Source of the DNA: Candidatus Omnitrophota bacterium
GTDB lineage: Bacteria > Omnitrophota > Gorgyraeia > Gygaellales > Profunditerraquicolaceae
Assembly: GCA_028716965.1 (NCBI GenBank)
Contig: JAQUOV010000008.1
Span: 16,766-80,765, forward strand
DNA: 64,000 nt
Direction of reading: 5' to 3'
Shown: piece after piece, positions 15,001-30,000 of the stretch
Position numbering within the stretch: the first letter of the stretch is position 1
Layout: the number at the start of each line of letters is the position of its first letter
The notes under the pieces: model-generated
Databases searched by the model: none
What the model was told of the DNA's origin: nothing
Seen by the model: only the letters and a program-made list of their open reading frames with translations
Position numbers and translations under genes: made by a program

Positions 15001-18000
15001 CGCCGCTATTACCGCATATCTGTCTTAGGGCAAAGACGAGCAAGCCCGCGCCTACGCCCTTATACTCCCTTTTTTCCTTTATCTCCTGCCTGCTACGGGG
15101 ATTGACTATCAAGCTATAAATCTCCCTTCTTCCGGGATTGAAAGTTACCAACCCCTGCAGAACTCCCGGCTCAGAAAATGCAAAATAGTAAAACTCACTT
15201 CCTATCTTGATATATTCTCTTACGACAGACAAAACTACATTATGATTGAGCAGCCCGGTCTCATTGGCCATTTCCATATCTTCCCATTCAAGTAATTGGG
15301 CCTGTATCCTCAGCCTATCGGCCTTCTCTATTCTATTTCCGTTAAGAATAATCAACTCTTCTCTCGCATTATTTTCACCAGGAGACAACTTTAAAACCGC
15401 CATCTTGTAATAATCGTTATGATCGATTACTAAAGCGCTGGAAACCGATCCCGGGGAAAGATTATTAATTCCAGGCACAATACCGAAAATATTCGCGTAG
15501 AACCAGATATCGGTTAATTTCTCTATTATAAGTTCATTTCCCTCTTTCCGTGAGTTGTTTAGAGCATCAATAATGCCTTTTCCGGTCATGTTATAAATCT
15601 TGGACTCTCCGTCTTTGTCAATTATTGGCGAATATTCTGTCAAAAGCGAAAATGACTTTTGGAATGAATCCGAGGCTTGTGAAACTATGTAAAACCCGGC
15701 GTACTCCGCCGGCCTGCCAAGCAGGGATCTAAGAAGGGCGCGGCCCCTCCCTTTTCTTTCTTTAGGGAAATTGGGATAAAAGTTCTCTATAAATATGGTT
15801 CTATGATCTTCAAAGACCAGAAAAGATACTTCGGCATTCTCAACTTCCTTTGTGCCCTTGTAAATTCTGATTTCTTTTCGCAAAACTTGTAATAATTTGT
15901 CTTTTTCTTCCGAGACAGCTACGCGGTAGCCTTCGGACGCTAAAGAAGAACCCGAAATCCCCAGCAATCTGGAGTGCTGGCGGAATTTATTCTTTAGCGC
16001 TTCAACTTCGGAAAATATGTAATTGATAAACATTTCCTGGAGCCCATGCTCGAAAATGTATTCCCGCATTTCCTGAACCATCCAACGGCAAACCTCTTGA
16101 GAAGAGCTTAAAATCTCTAAACCGTGGTACTCCAGCCCAAAAAGCAAGGTAAAGAGATATTCTAAGGATGTTGGCTCTGGAGTAGGTAGTTGAAAAGGAA
16201 CTATATGTATTTCCAGGTCAGTGATTGCCAGGCCATTCAAAAGGCCCACCTGCTTTAGGGGGAAATAAATATAAGGACCAAGCCTGCTTCCAGGGTGAGA
16301 TAAACCATGAAGCCTACCCGCAAGATATTCTGCAAAATCAGTTTCTGATCCCGCATTTAACGGCCCGGGAAGCCTGACCAGAAGCTGGACATCCGCGTCA
16401 CTATGACAGGTAACCCCTCCTCCGCGGACCCCCAGGTTACTTATGAGCGAGAATGAATAATCTTTAACCCCGTACTCTAACATTGCCTCGCATATGCCTG
16501 CTCTTAGCAGCCAATCCTTGATTTTATCCACAATTATCCTTTTTTCTCCTATGGTCATAAATCTGTGATTGGTTTCTTTCGCTAGCCCCAATTTAATTTG
16601 CTCTATTTCTTTGGGGCGTAATTGCGTCATCTCTTCATTCTTTACCGCAAAGCCAAAAGCATCCAGTAAACCGAACTCATCAGCAATCTGGCGGACATTT
16701 TCAAAGATAAAAACAAATTCCTCTTGCATGAATAATTCCGGCACCTCTAACCTTTTTGAAATCTTTCCGCTTTTTAACTCATTCACAACATGCCATTTCC
16801 TCTCTATGGTATAGATCTCCGATAGGGAAATGGGATATATTGAAGTATCTATCACAAAATCGGCATCCTGGCGGTTTAAATCAACGGTATAGCGGTAGAA
16901 TTTGTTTAAGCGTCCTATTGTGGCGATTTCATTAGAATAGTCTTTAATGCGCTCAAGCCGTTCAATTTCATCGCACTCTAGGAATATTCTTATATCTACA
17001 GCCAGGACAGGAGCTCCCTCGAAATAAACGCCATAATAACCATTTACGGAGTAAGGAGAATGGACTACGATGACTTCATAATCCTCACTCAGGCGTTCAA
17101 TAATTTTTTGCGTAGATATGACTTCGAATTTTGCTATTTCAGGAATGCCCAATTCTTCATGAAGCCCGTAAAATCTTCTGCTTTCGGGAGAATACCATAC
17201 TGTCTTTAGCCGGGATAGGGCATCTTTTAGGTCCTCTATAAACTCCGCGTTATCCGCCCCAGGCCTGCCGCTGACGCTTACAACCACTTTAGTCCCCTGT
17301 CTTAACTTTACCTTTATATCTTTTACAATTTCTGACAACGCTAATTCAGGCGCTAATTCCCGGCCATTAGTGCCTATCCTCTCCAAATAAACCGGGATAA
17401 CGTTATCCCGCAGGCTGTATAATATGCTGTAAATACCAAGCCAATTATTGTTAATCGGTCCAATATAGCGTTTCTCCTGCCCTATTCCGTCTGCCTGCTC
17501 GTGAAAACTAAACTCCCTTAGATTTATCTCCCTCTCCATTAATTTAAGAAGCAATCTGCGGTATTTAAGCCTTAAACGTTCATTTATAATTTCGGAGCGG
17601 CGGCCTTCGGGAACCGGATAAAAAACGGCATTAGTGTCGGGAACAGGCGCATTATCCCGACGGTTTCCCTGCGCAGCATAAATGATCGCGTAATCCAGCG
17701 CATTATATACTTCATCTTTCCTGCGTTTCATCCCCTCCGACCACCAATCAGGGGATATGGCGGCAAAATAAAAAGAGGCATCGTGATTAAATGCCGCTTT
17801 AATAATACGCAAGAATGCGCTGAAGGAAGGCAAAACATGACAAAGGGCATCGCTACATAGGGAAATTATTCTTTCTTCCGGCCTGACCTGCTTAATTTCT
17901 TTTCTGAGCATGCTGAGCGGAAAAACTTCTACCGGCAATGCGTATATATCATCCTGGTTCTGTATTTTATCCCCATTTAAAACTGATAAAATCCTGTATC

Positions 18001-21000
18001 TCCCTTCCTGCGTTTCCCCTATATGTTCCACTTTTTGAGATATATTATTCGCGTCTTCCGGTATAACGGGGCGGATCAGCCTGGCAATTTTATCCCTATA
18101 GCGCAGCCATAAAATAAAATTTGCTTCATCTATCACGAATATTCTGTTGTTAAACAGGAATTCATCCCCGGTATAAGCCCTGTCAAGAGAAAGGGGAAAT
18201 TTCCCGGCCGTGTAATCATGGACAGCGATCTGCCCGCAATCAGTATGGTCTATCCTGTCAACGTTTACCAAAACCTTATCCTTAACCGGTTCTTTCGTTA
18301 AGCGTTCTTCGATCTCGCATGCATAAACCAATTGATGGTGGCTCTGGCTGAAATATATCCTTTTCCCTGTCGGCATATATTCAACTACGGCTAAGGCGAA
18401 AGGATTTTCAATCACACTCCTCCATTGAATACCGTCCTGCCATCTGCCCATTTCTTCGCATTGTCCATATCTGCAATTGATTATTCGGGTACGATAATCC
18501 GGGCAGTCCGAAGCTGCGGCTTCTTTCAATGGCGAATTAGATAGGGCAAAAGGCTTCTTCCTGAAAACGGCTACTTTGTATGTTTCAAGCACGGGGGAAT
18601 AAAATCTTCTGAATATTTCTTTCATGCCATAGAGCCCAATAATTTCCTCCGCTGTCCGATCCGCTGTAAACTGATAAAGGATAAGTAAGCTCCCGGGCCT
18701 GGCATGCTCATATAACTGTTCGAATAACCTCTGCTGATTGCTTGCTGATTTCTCCTCTCTAAAATATCCGGCTTTTTCAGAAGGATGCGGCTTTGTCCCC
18801 CCAAGATAATAATAAAAAGCGTCGTAAGTTTCAAATCTAAGGAGCGGGTCTCCAATATCCCCTAAACTCCAATGAAGAAAGTTATCATTATAAAACTTAA
18901 CATTATCTATTTTCAACCGGGAGGCAAAGTACTTTTGGCCTTCTTTGCACCGGAGCCATAAGTGGTCTTCATTTTCTATCCCCGTGACTAAGGCTTTCCT
19001 GAATAATGAAGCGAGGAAGAATACAACATCCCCCCTGCCGCAGCCTAGGTCCGCGATACGCGCCGTTTCCATGTCCAACTCTTTCCGCAAGCCTGAGAGG
19101 ATCGTCAAATCCTCGATTTCCGAAGCGACAAATATGCCTTGCTTTCCATATTCTAAGGGGAGAAATTGATTTTCAGGGCAGGAGTTATAGTATTGTTTTA
19201 TGGTAAAGATGTTTTCCCATATTCCCGGATAGAGGAACAGCGCTTCCTTTGAGCCGTTATTATTTCCAATAGGACACCAGCCTAATCTTTTAAATAAATA
19301 TTCTTGAGAAGACTCGCCGGCAATCGCATAACAATACGAAGGGTAATTATTAAATAAAGGATTGAAGCTATCAGGATCAATATAACTCAAAGCAGGATCG
19401 CTGCTTAATACCATTACCCGGTGGCCAAGGGTTTTAAGACAGATATCATTAAAATTCATTAATTCTCTGATTATTATTACGGCAAGAAGGCCTTTTTCTT
19501 CTAAACGGGCAAGGTATATTTCCGAAAATGGGAGGTTTTGTTTTAAGGTTTGTCTTCCTTTGGCAGGGATAAACAGCCCTTCAAGATATTTTGATTGGAA
19601 CTCCCCGGCAGATACACGGGTAAATTCAGATCCTGGAGGGGATCGGGCAGACAAGGAAGAAGAACATTGTTCATTTTTAGCTCCAGCATAATTACTGCTC
19701 ATCCTGGCTTCTGTCCGGTTAAAGCTTCTTAAGACCAGGTATTCTTTTATAAACAATAAACCGCGCCTTAACAGCTCATCTCCTACCTGTTCTTTATCGT
19801 TAGCAATCGCCCCTGAACGGAGCCTTTTCCAGGCAGACTCTAGCCCGAATAAATAGGCATAATAACCTAATATGCGCCCTCTCAAGTTGGCCCTGCGCGC
19901 CTGAAGATTAACGATTTTTTCTGACTTCTCTATCTCTTCAATAACCCTTTCAATAAATTTATTGGCAAGCGCTTCAAAATCCGGTCTTATCCTCGCCGCC
20001 TTTACAAATTCAAATACCATGGTTGCTGGATGGTAATTAGCATTCCCTAACCGGGCATTGCGATTCAAGCAGATTTCATCAAAAAGCCTGTCAATAGCCA
20101 GGTCTTTTCTGCGGACATATTCATAAAACAGGTCAAATAGCGCCTGGCCGAAGATATACCTTGTTGTTAATCCGGATTTCCGGATATGCTCCGATATCTC
20201 CAAAGCAAACTGGTTCACAATAAATGGGAGGACGCTGTCCAGGTTCTCGTTAGGATTAATCCATAACCGCAAACTACCATCATCCGTAAAAAGCATAGCA
20301 AATCTTTCATAATAAAGACGGAGTAAAATACCATGAAAATTCATACGGCCTTTGAATAAACGGCTATTAAATAAACCGCTGACGTAAAGGGCCTGGACTA
20401 TCTCCGTAAGCGGAGCATTGAAGTGCTGTTTATTAACAGCCTTCTTTAGCCTGATGGCCTCATTTGAAAATGGGTCGCCTAAAACCGGGCTTAATATATT
20501 AATGTAGCGGATAAAATATTTGCCTGCCCCTTCTCTCTCCCGCCCGTTTTGCTGAGGCCGTAAAAAATTAATTAATCTTGCTTCATTAGGAGTACAACTT
20601 TGCAATATTCCCAGCGCCTTCTCTTGGAGCCTGCTTATGAGCAATTCCGCGCTATTCATAAAATCGCTCTTTGTTAATTCCTGGCTCTGGTAATTCCGGA
20701 ATAAAAGCTCTATTAATATATCCGTCGTACGCAGCAGATCCTCCAATTCTTTTAATATTAAGGGAGAGCCGGAAAGCCTATTGGTGCCGGGACCGCGGAG
20801 AATTTCTTTTGGCTTTGGATCCGGGACCGCGTAGCGCACGATAGTTCCATTTTTCGATCCTAAATCGGTTATAAAAAGCGTTGTCTTTTTGTAAATAGCG
20901 TCAAAACATAGCAGCAACCTTACGTGTTCCTCTGACACCTTGCTATCAATTATGTTCAGAATGCGTTCTCCCTCTCGGTTAGGCATTTGATAACTTACCA

Positions 21001-24000
21001 TAACCCTGTTCTTTGCGCCATTACGCATATTAATCCTGCCAAATTTAATAAGCAGGAGGCCCAAACTTAACGATGAACCAAAAGAAAAATCTTCCCGGTA
21101 CCTGTCTATGCTGCCTGTTAACCTAAAGCTTCCTGACTTTTCTCTGTATCTAGCGTCCATGTCAGTGCTAATCTTATATATGAAACCCTCTTTTCCCCTA
21201 TAGAACCTTAAGTAAGTATTGCCGAATTGAATAATAAGCCTGTCCTGGCTATCCAAAGAATATTCATCTACCGGGATAGAAATGCCGGTCATGTCTTTTA
21301 ATACCACGCTAAGAATTCCATCTTTAGCTTCGGGAAATACGCTCATCTGCCAATCAGTATTCCACTTATTAATTAATGCTACGATACCCTTATTGTAATA
21401 GGCCCTGAGCTCTTCGGCAGGATCAAAAGCGTTAAACCAAGAAATAGTTTTTTTCATAAATTCAAAAATCATCTTCATATGGTCCTGCAGTCTTTTAAGA
21501 ATGCAGAAATGTTCTTTTGGCCCGGCGTTAATTATATTTATAAACCTCTCTACGTCATTCCGTTGAATCCTTTTTATTGATTCATTATCTATCGCCATTG
21601 AGCCGATAACCAGCATTGACTCCGCCTCCCTCGGGCTGATTTTAAGCGGTATACCGAATGCCTCCAAAGATACTTCTCTGTCTTCGGTTATGTCAAACTC
21701 GACAAATATTGAGGGTTTGGTAATCACAGTTAAAGACGAGGACACAAAGAGCCTTTGCCTAAGTTGCGTTATCGCTCCATATGGAGGATTTTTAGATATA
21801 TACTGCCGTATAATCTCTGTGCTTAAGCTCTTTGGAGCATTCCGCTTCCCTCTTTGTATTTTATCCCGCAAGTTAATCAAAGCGGTAAATAGCTGCATCT
21901 GTTCGCTGGAAACAGGCGGAGTGAATACGATTCCGGAATTTCTTAATAAATTATCCACGTTGGCAACCGCTTCTCTCCCTTCTGTCCGATCCTCAGTAAC
22001 AAGAAAACCCCCAATCTCAATACTTGATGCTATTTCGCGCAAAAACCTACTATAATAAGCAGCGATATTTTCACCAGCTCTCTGGTAATATGCGGATATT
22101 CCGTTCTTAAGATGTTTCAGCATTACGCCAGGGTAGGTTGATGGATCAGTAATATCCGCATTAACAAATAATATTTTATAAAGCTCTATTTCCGAACCAT
22201 GGTAAGCCCAGAAGAAATTAATATGCGTTGCGTCTTTACTCTGATAGATTTCAATATTATATTGGGGGGTATTCAAAACGCCCATACATTTAAGCTCGGC
22301 GATAATATTATCTTCTGGAAAATCAGTATTCGGCAGAGCAAATCCGTGGTGACGCTTTATATCAAGGTAATGCTGTATACGTTTATAACGCAATAAGTCC
22401 TGCCAGTTATTGCGGGCCCACAGCAATCTCTCTAATGATAAATTCATATTTTTATTTACGAGGATGGCCTTCTTGGGATTCAAAGAAAGCCAAAGCCTTG
22501 ATGCATCCGCGCCACATCCTCCATAAAGGCATGGGGCATCACTATTCTTGAAACCCGTTAGATTCTTCACCCCCATATCAAATCCGACGTGGACAATGTT
22601 AAGCATCCCTGTATCTACGATGCGGTGATCTAAACCAAGCTTATTGAAATGTTCTGATCGGCCTTTGCAGTTTCCCGCTATTGCGCACTTTAACAAGAAA
22701 TCTAATTCTAGGCTGGATATCCCTAATCCCAACGAGGAATCAGATTTGCTTGACAGAGATGAGGCACTCAATCGGTATGCTTTTTTCACAGCCATAAACG
22801 CCTCCCAGCCGGAAAGCTCCGAAGCAGGATCAAATAAAGTATTAATATGATAATATATTTCCCCGATATTATAGATGCTTCCTTTCGCTATGCCGTTTTG
22901 TATAAATTTAGCTACCTGAAGAAATATCAGGTCCTTGTAAGGGTATTTTTTATTCGAGATACTCAATAAATGAGCGGCTAATTCCGACAGGTCAAGCAAG
23001 CAATCTAAGCGCGAACGCGTCTCCTTCGTTATTATCGGCATCCATCCCAGCAGAGTCAGAAAAAGCGCCGGCTGGAAAATCCCCGCCTCGCTTGTAACCG
23101 TGAGCAACTGCTCGCTAATAGAGGGCTGCCAGTCGCAAGCAATTTGAATAAAATCATTGGCATCTATATCTTTCAATAGCCGTTCTTTTCTTAACTTAAA
23201 TATTACGCTGCTTTTTTCTTCCGTCTTTAGCAAGGCTTCCTCAAAAATACCTAAGCGGGTATAAATGGACAACGCAACGGATAATTTCCGCTGATAATAC
23301 CTATGCCCCCTGAATACCTCTAATCCATCAATATAAATCGCCCTGTCCAACGGCAATAGCTTTACAAAATCAACATAAGACTGTCTGATGTGGTTCATAT
23401 TTTCCGGCTCCCCGTCAAGAGCATCTTCCACCAAGATCACATTTATCGGGACGCCTTTTTCAAAGATTGCATGGAATACAAACCAGCTAAATGCTTTAAA
23501 AATACAGTCTTCATAAAATCCTCCTGTTAACATGAGGTTTAACTGCCCCGGATGTTCATACAACGGTCTCAAGAAATCCAGGATCAGCGGTTGCTCTTCC
23601 TCCCTCACGTTTTTCGGCTGGCTTGTCCTGTCAATGACCCTATGTATTCTTAGCCCGGCGTCAGTAAGGGTAAGAACAATTTGTTTTTCCGAATCCTGAT
23701 GACGCTGTTCATAATCATTCACGGTAAAAATGCCTATTTGAGAGTTTTTAGTTAAGCCAGGAATTCCTTCAGCTAATGAAGAGCTGCTCAGCTTATCCCA
23801 GGAATCTTTGCCAACCTCAAACGCAAAAGCGATAGCCTCATCCTTATTTTCAGCATCATCATGCCACAATATCTTAAAACCGCGTTCACTTTTGTCATAT
23901 AAACTATCCAAAGAATCCCTCTCTCCTGCTTGCAAATCAGAATACCTTTCCCCCGACAAGATCAAAGTTAACTTGCCCTCTCTGGGAGTAAAAAGGGAAG

Positions 24001-27000
24001 AAATATTCGGATATGCATAAATCCCGAAGCCGCCTAAATTGGCTAAAAGTATATCGGTAGGGATTTTTGTTTTAGGGGCAAAATAACGTAAATCCTTACC
24101 CATATGCTCATAATCAAAGGCTTCAATGCCGGTTAAATTATTCAATCCAAGCGTTTCGCGGAATAGCTCTTCAAGCATCCCTTCAATTTCCAGCAAGTGG
24201 ATATTTTCTGCTCCGAGTATTGAAGAGAATATGGCATCCACTCCATTGCCAAGACCGGCCACCGCTACTGTTTTCCCTTTAAATTCATTCCTGCCGAGTA
24301 TGTCCATTGCCAAAAGCAAAGCAGAAGTCCATACTTGATAATTACGGTCATTTCCTAATCCGGGCAAATATAGCCTTTTTGCTTCTAGGGGCACACTTAT
24401 GGCTTGTGAACGGATATCTGGAGTAATAAGCTCCTTTATCCACGGGTATTGGGAATTGAGCACAACTATTCCGCCTGGTCTAAAATAATAATTATTTTTG
24501 TCATGCACCGGGCCCCTGCAGGCCATAAAATCATCTGAATAAGTCCCAAGCAGGGAGCTGCAATCACAGGTAAACCTGCCAATAACCCTTCCTCCGGTCT
24601 CTATTGTTAATTCTTGCAAATATCTTCTGCAATCAGCAAGGTCATGGCCCAGGGCCGCGATCTTATCCAACAAGCTCTTTACATATCGCTCTGCTTTTTC
24701 CTGGCTATTATTTACTCTTTCTATTTGTTCCAAAAGATAAACTGAAATAGCCCTGTTATCTGCTAATGACGAGGCGCAATAATTTTTGTTGAATTTATGC
24801 GTATTCGCATGCGCCGGGAATGAAGAGCAGGAAGAGCTACCGTTTCGTAACTTATGGTAAATACTATGAGAGCTGATGCCATCCTCACAGCCCAAGCTTG
24901 CATGGATCCTTCTTAAATCTTGGGAGATAAACCCCGGGACAAAATAATCCGGGTAATTAGGGTCATCGCATCCGGTAAAGTAAAAATACCCTCCTTCACC
25001 CAGGAAACTTAACAATTGCCGGAAAACCCTCTCTCTTATCCTTTCATCAACATACATCAATACATGTGAACTTATCGCAAAATCAACGCTGCCTATCAAT
25101 TCTTTCAACCTGTTTATCTCTTTAAAATTGTGATAATCAAACTGGACAAATTGAAAATGGCGTTTATACTCAGCTATAAGAGAACCGTTGTCAAAATAAC
25201 GGCCAAAATCGATAAGCAGGCCTTTTCTGGATAACGACATGATTCCTTCGGCAATATTCCAGAAATCATAGGAAGCGCTTTTTGCGGCAAGAAGCAGCCT
25301 TAAGTCATGGCTTACTCCCCAAATTGTTACATTCCAATCTTCTATGTCCTGATTCCTGTCCCGCAGCAGCGTATCTATAAGAAGCAGCAAGCTGTAAGGT
25401 TCCTTCCCTTTTGAGCAGCCGACTGAGAAAACATTAATCTTTTTATCCGCAACTTTTTCATCAATGATTTTAGAAAGCAATTCTTCTATTCTTAACCAGG
25501 AAAGTTCTCTCCTAAAAAAGAAAGTCGCATCCCTTCCCAGCGGGATCTTCTTAAAGCGTTCAGTAATCAACCGCGCAAGGGAGGAAAAGTTAATATCAGA
25601 GGCGCCGATATCCTCTGTCATCACATCTTCAAATCTCCCATGCCGCAGGTCTTGGATAGGAGGAGAAACCAGCGCAATCTTATTTCCGGCAAATCTTGAA
25701 ATTATATGAATTCCGTTTTCTTCCATGACGTCAATTATAGCTTTTAATATTTGATATTTATGATCGGAATTCTCGACTGCCGCTAAAGAAGAGAGGGATC
25801 CCAGGGGACTGGCGGATTTTTTATAAGGGTATATCCTGGCAGTTAACTCGCTTACCCTTCCAATTAATCCTTCGGCTTTCTTGAAAGAAACCTTTTTACG
25901 CTTATCTCCTTCTTTATCTATTACTAACGCCTCTCTATGATTTTCGCTGAAACGCCGGGCAAGCAAAGAGTAAAATCCCGGGTCAGTGAGATTTGGGACA
26001 ACTAAACGGCTGTTTTCCCTTGCGCATATTTCCAGCAAGTGGTTGATTATGTTCGTGGCTATATCCAGCTTCCTTTTGATGCGCATCACGTAAATATAGT
26101 GCACATAAATTTCGCTCATTACCTTTCCGTTCATCTTGCTGCCGGAAAAACTTATTCTTATTGCGCCGGCATACTCGCTGTTCCTGTAGATCGCATACCA
26201 AGCGGATCTGTACGCCCTTTCCAGGGTAATAACGTAGTTTGCCGCGCCCTTGATATCAATCAAACCGCGGTTATCCAGCCTTGAAGGCGCTTCGGGGATC
26301 TTCCGGTATTCGATTATTATCCCTATTTCTCCCGCGTCCGCGTCCCCTTCCCTGCCGCCTGCAACAATCCAGATCGGCCTGGCATAATTTTTGATATGCA
26401 AGTTCACTGCCCCGCACCTAAGCGCCCTGTTCGTCCATTTAATATAGTCTTCAATTGGCAAGCCGTTTGCCCTCTCGTTTTCCATTTCTATAAAATCCAT
26501 ATAATGCTCCCAGGTTACCCGCTCTATTTCAACTCCCTTATTTTCCAGGTACTGCCTTAAAGATATCCTTCCCGGAAGCGCGAAATCAAAATAATCCTCG
26601 CTGTCGTTTTTAAGTATCTGCCTATATTCTTCCTGTGAATACCTGGTTGGATAGATCAACGCATTATACTCATCGAGACTGTAACCTTCTTTGGTATCAT
26701 GGTTTATAAACGGCTTGCTGTTCTTTAGCAATAGCAGGTAAAATAACGGGGTTGTTCCCCTGCCGCATTCTACCTTATACCTTTCTTTAAATTCTGCATA
26801 TCCGCTTAAAGGCGTGAATGTATAACGCCCCATGCCTTGGGTTATCTGCTCTGTGGCGTACAGTAATTCCGAAGCGATTGCCGGACCGAGGCCTTTTTGG
26901 CGGAATTTTTCCCCTACCGCCACCGCGTAATGGATCCAGCAATTATCTGTTTGCGCGTTTCCTTTAATAGCCATAATTTGCCGAAGAGACCCGGTTATAT

Positions 27001-30000
27001 GATTTCGACCATTCGCATATAAAGATGCGCACCAGACAACCCCCGCGATTTCGCCTTCAATTGTAGCCATAAGATGGCCGCCCGGATTATTCTTAAGTAT
27101 TGCTTCGGATTCTTCTTTGGACAATTCAAACCTGCCCAGCCATTCTTTATTATGAAAACCAACCGCGGCTTTCAGGCTGCCGGCATCAATTTCTTTTATT
27201 GTAATTGTTTCGCCTTTTTTATTTACTGTCTTATGTATGGCTGAAGCAGCTGAACCAGGCCATATCAAGCCCTCATATTGCGTACCCTTAAGGATACCCC
27301 TGACGATAGCCCCGTGATCTCCGCTAAATACTCCCTGCTTCACCATAAACGCGATGGTCCTTAACGCCATTTCGGAGAAGTTGGGGTTTTTTGCGCCGTC
27401 AGCTAACAGCTTAAACAGCCTCTCTTGCTCGATCCTGTCCGCCTCTACATATTGCCTGCTGACCGCCTTAGAAAAATCTTCATAGATTAATATGGAATAG
27501 GGATAACCTGAAACTCTGCCGTTATACCTGCCGGTCCAGGAAAGGGTATTCATTTCCTCTGCTTCGTGGACCACTAAATGAAGATCGGCACCTGCCTGAT
27601 TCGCTACTTTTAATATGCCGCCTGCCAGGCCCGGCTGCGGCCTGACAGAATATATCAAATCCGCCCCTTGATATATGCTCCATTCGGGGCGGGTGATATC
27701 ATCCTGCGCGGTTATCAATCCGGGATAGATCTCTTTTGCCTGCTTTAACGGCGGCTCAACTATATCGGTTACTATCACTTCCGCGGCCTCACCGAATGCT
27801 TCCTTCAGACCGCCCGCTGCCTGCGGATGCAGGCTGATCCCGACCTCTACTATCTTCCTTGCTTGGGGATAGTTTTCAGTTACATGCTCAACCAGCAATT
27901 CCCAGGGGTCATTCCCTTCTTTAGATGATAGAATGGATGGCTCTTGCGCGAGAGATGAAGCGGATATTACTCCTGCCTCTTTGAGTAATTCCCTGCGCAT
28001 TTCTTCAGATATATAAGGAGACAGCTCTTTTTTTAGAAGCTCGCTTAGCTGGTAAAGGTTATTTATCTTATGTTTGATATTAATCTCTTGCAGAACTCTA
28101 AAGTAAGCGGGGATTAGGTCTAATAAAGCTAACTCCCTGCTGGTCAATTCCCTTTTATTATGCATTAACCGGTATCCCAGCCAATCCAACGGCCTTGCTA
28201 CCAGCGGATCAAAAGGCCCGGCCAAATAGCTCTCTAACTCAAGGCCTTCCCCATGCATACCTTCATGCATACGGTGATGCAGGCTTCCGCGCACCACAAT
28301 AATTAACGAACCGGGATGTATATCAACCAGCTCCTCAATTTGGCGAAGCACATTTTCATCTCTCAAGGAATAAGATTCTGCGGCCTTCTTTGCGCATTTA
28401 ATCAGCGTATTACGCAGCTTCTCAGTTATACATCCGCCATATTCCTGCCATACCTGCTTTGACAAAATCTGTTTTTCCAGATCAATTATCCAGGACTCAT
28501 AAGACAACCTTTCCACAACAAGATAAATCTTTGGGTGGCGGTCTATAAACACCTGGTACGCTTTGAGGTATTCAGAAAGGTCCCTGGAACCAAGTTCATT
28601 TATCTCGTCATAATAGACTTTTCTTATGGAAGCGTAATATTCCAGCCTTTTTAGCGTATCCGAGAATCCGCGGCGGCGGAGGACCTTCTGTTTAGAAACC
28701 GACTTTTCTTTCTTTAAAAAATATTCCGCTTCTTCCAGGTCCATAGAGAATGTGGCTTCCTTAAGCAGTATTACTTCCCTTCCCTCCGAATAAGCCTGTT
28801 GAACGGATTTTTCCAATATTGGTTCCATCTCTTTAAAATCTCCGCCGTATTGATGAGGGCCGTAGGCAAAAACAATTCTTGTCATGGTTTCCCGGCCCGT
28901 GCCCGAAGATAGTTCATTTTCAAGCTCCTTGAGCAGGAGATCCGCGAATTTGCCTGCCTTAGGCATATTCTCCATTCCAAGAACCGCAATGAGCGCTTTC
29001 TTTTTCTGATTATTTGATTTGTTCCCCCTCAAAACATTTTCTGCTATTTCTGCTATTATGGCATCATTAACAAGTGCGGAAACTTCCGGATGGCTCATCA
29101 AGACCTTTAAAATTACTTTCTCTGCTAAAGAAGAACTGCCATTATACAGTTTTTTGATATTCGTAAGGCAGGACCGCTCGATAAGACCCTTATCTAATAA
29201 GCCGGACTTATCCTGATAATCTTCACATAACGCATTTATTAATTCTCCCCTTTCCTGGAAATTCAGCGCGTTGAATTCATTTTTGCCGCCGGCAATGAAT
29301 TTGGTTATAACGGCGATTTTAGCGCGGTTTCTGGAGGCGATCCCTAAAATAGAGAATACACCTCTATCCTGCATTAATAAATAATCCGAAACTATTTTAA
29401 ATGTCGGGTTAATGATCTTTCCGGCGGGGTTGAGGGGGTCTTTTATTCTGGGGGAAATAAATACTGCCTGATAACTCTTCGTCCAGCGGGCCTGGGCATT
29501 AGCTAATTTCCCTGGCGGAGGGCTGCGGGTAAGGCCCCTTCTCTTAAGATAACTGACAAATTCATTTTTGAACACCTGCCTTGCGGAAAGAGTAGGTTTC
29601 GGCTTCTCGATATCTATCCTGTCGAACCTGGATTCGTAATACGCGAATATGAATTCAGAAATGAACTTGGCATCAAAACTTAAAGCTAAGCATTCATTAA
29701 ATGCCTTACGCGCCTCATTATGCTTATTCTGGCTAATCAGCCTGTAAATATAGCCTATTTTCTTCCTCAAGCCGATAAATTCCGGCTCACTAAGGAAATG
29801 GCGCACCTGTTTTTCTACCGTTTGCTCTTTTTCGCCTTTCTTTTCTTTAAGCATAATGCTGATTCTCGCTGCTGCCTCGCTAAAATTACCCTTCTCCAGA
29901 TATTTCCCTATAAAGAATAACCGGTTGCTTATAAATTGATTCCTTACGTCCAATAGATGCTTGAGGTCGCCAAGTAAATTACTTTTTGCGTAATTCAGCA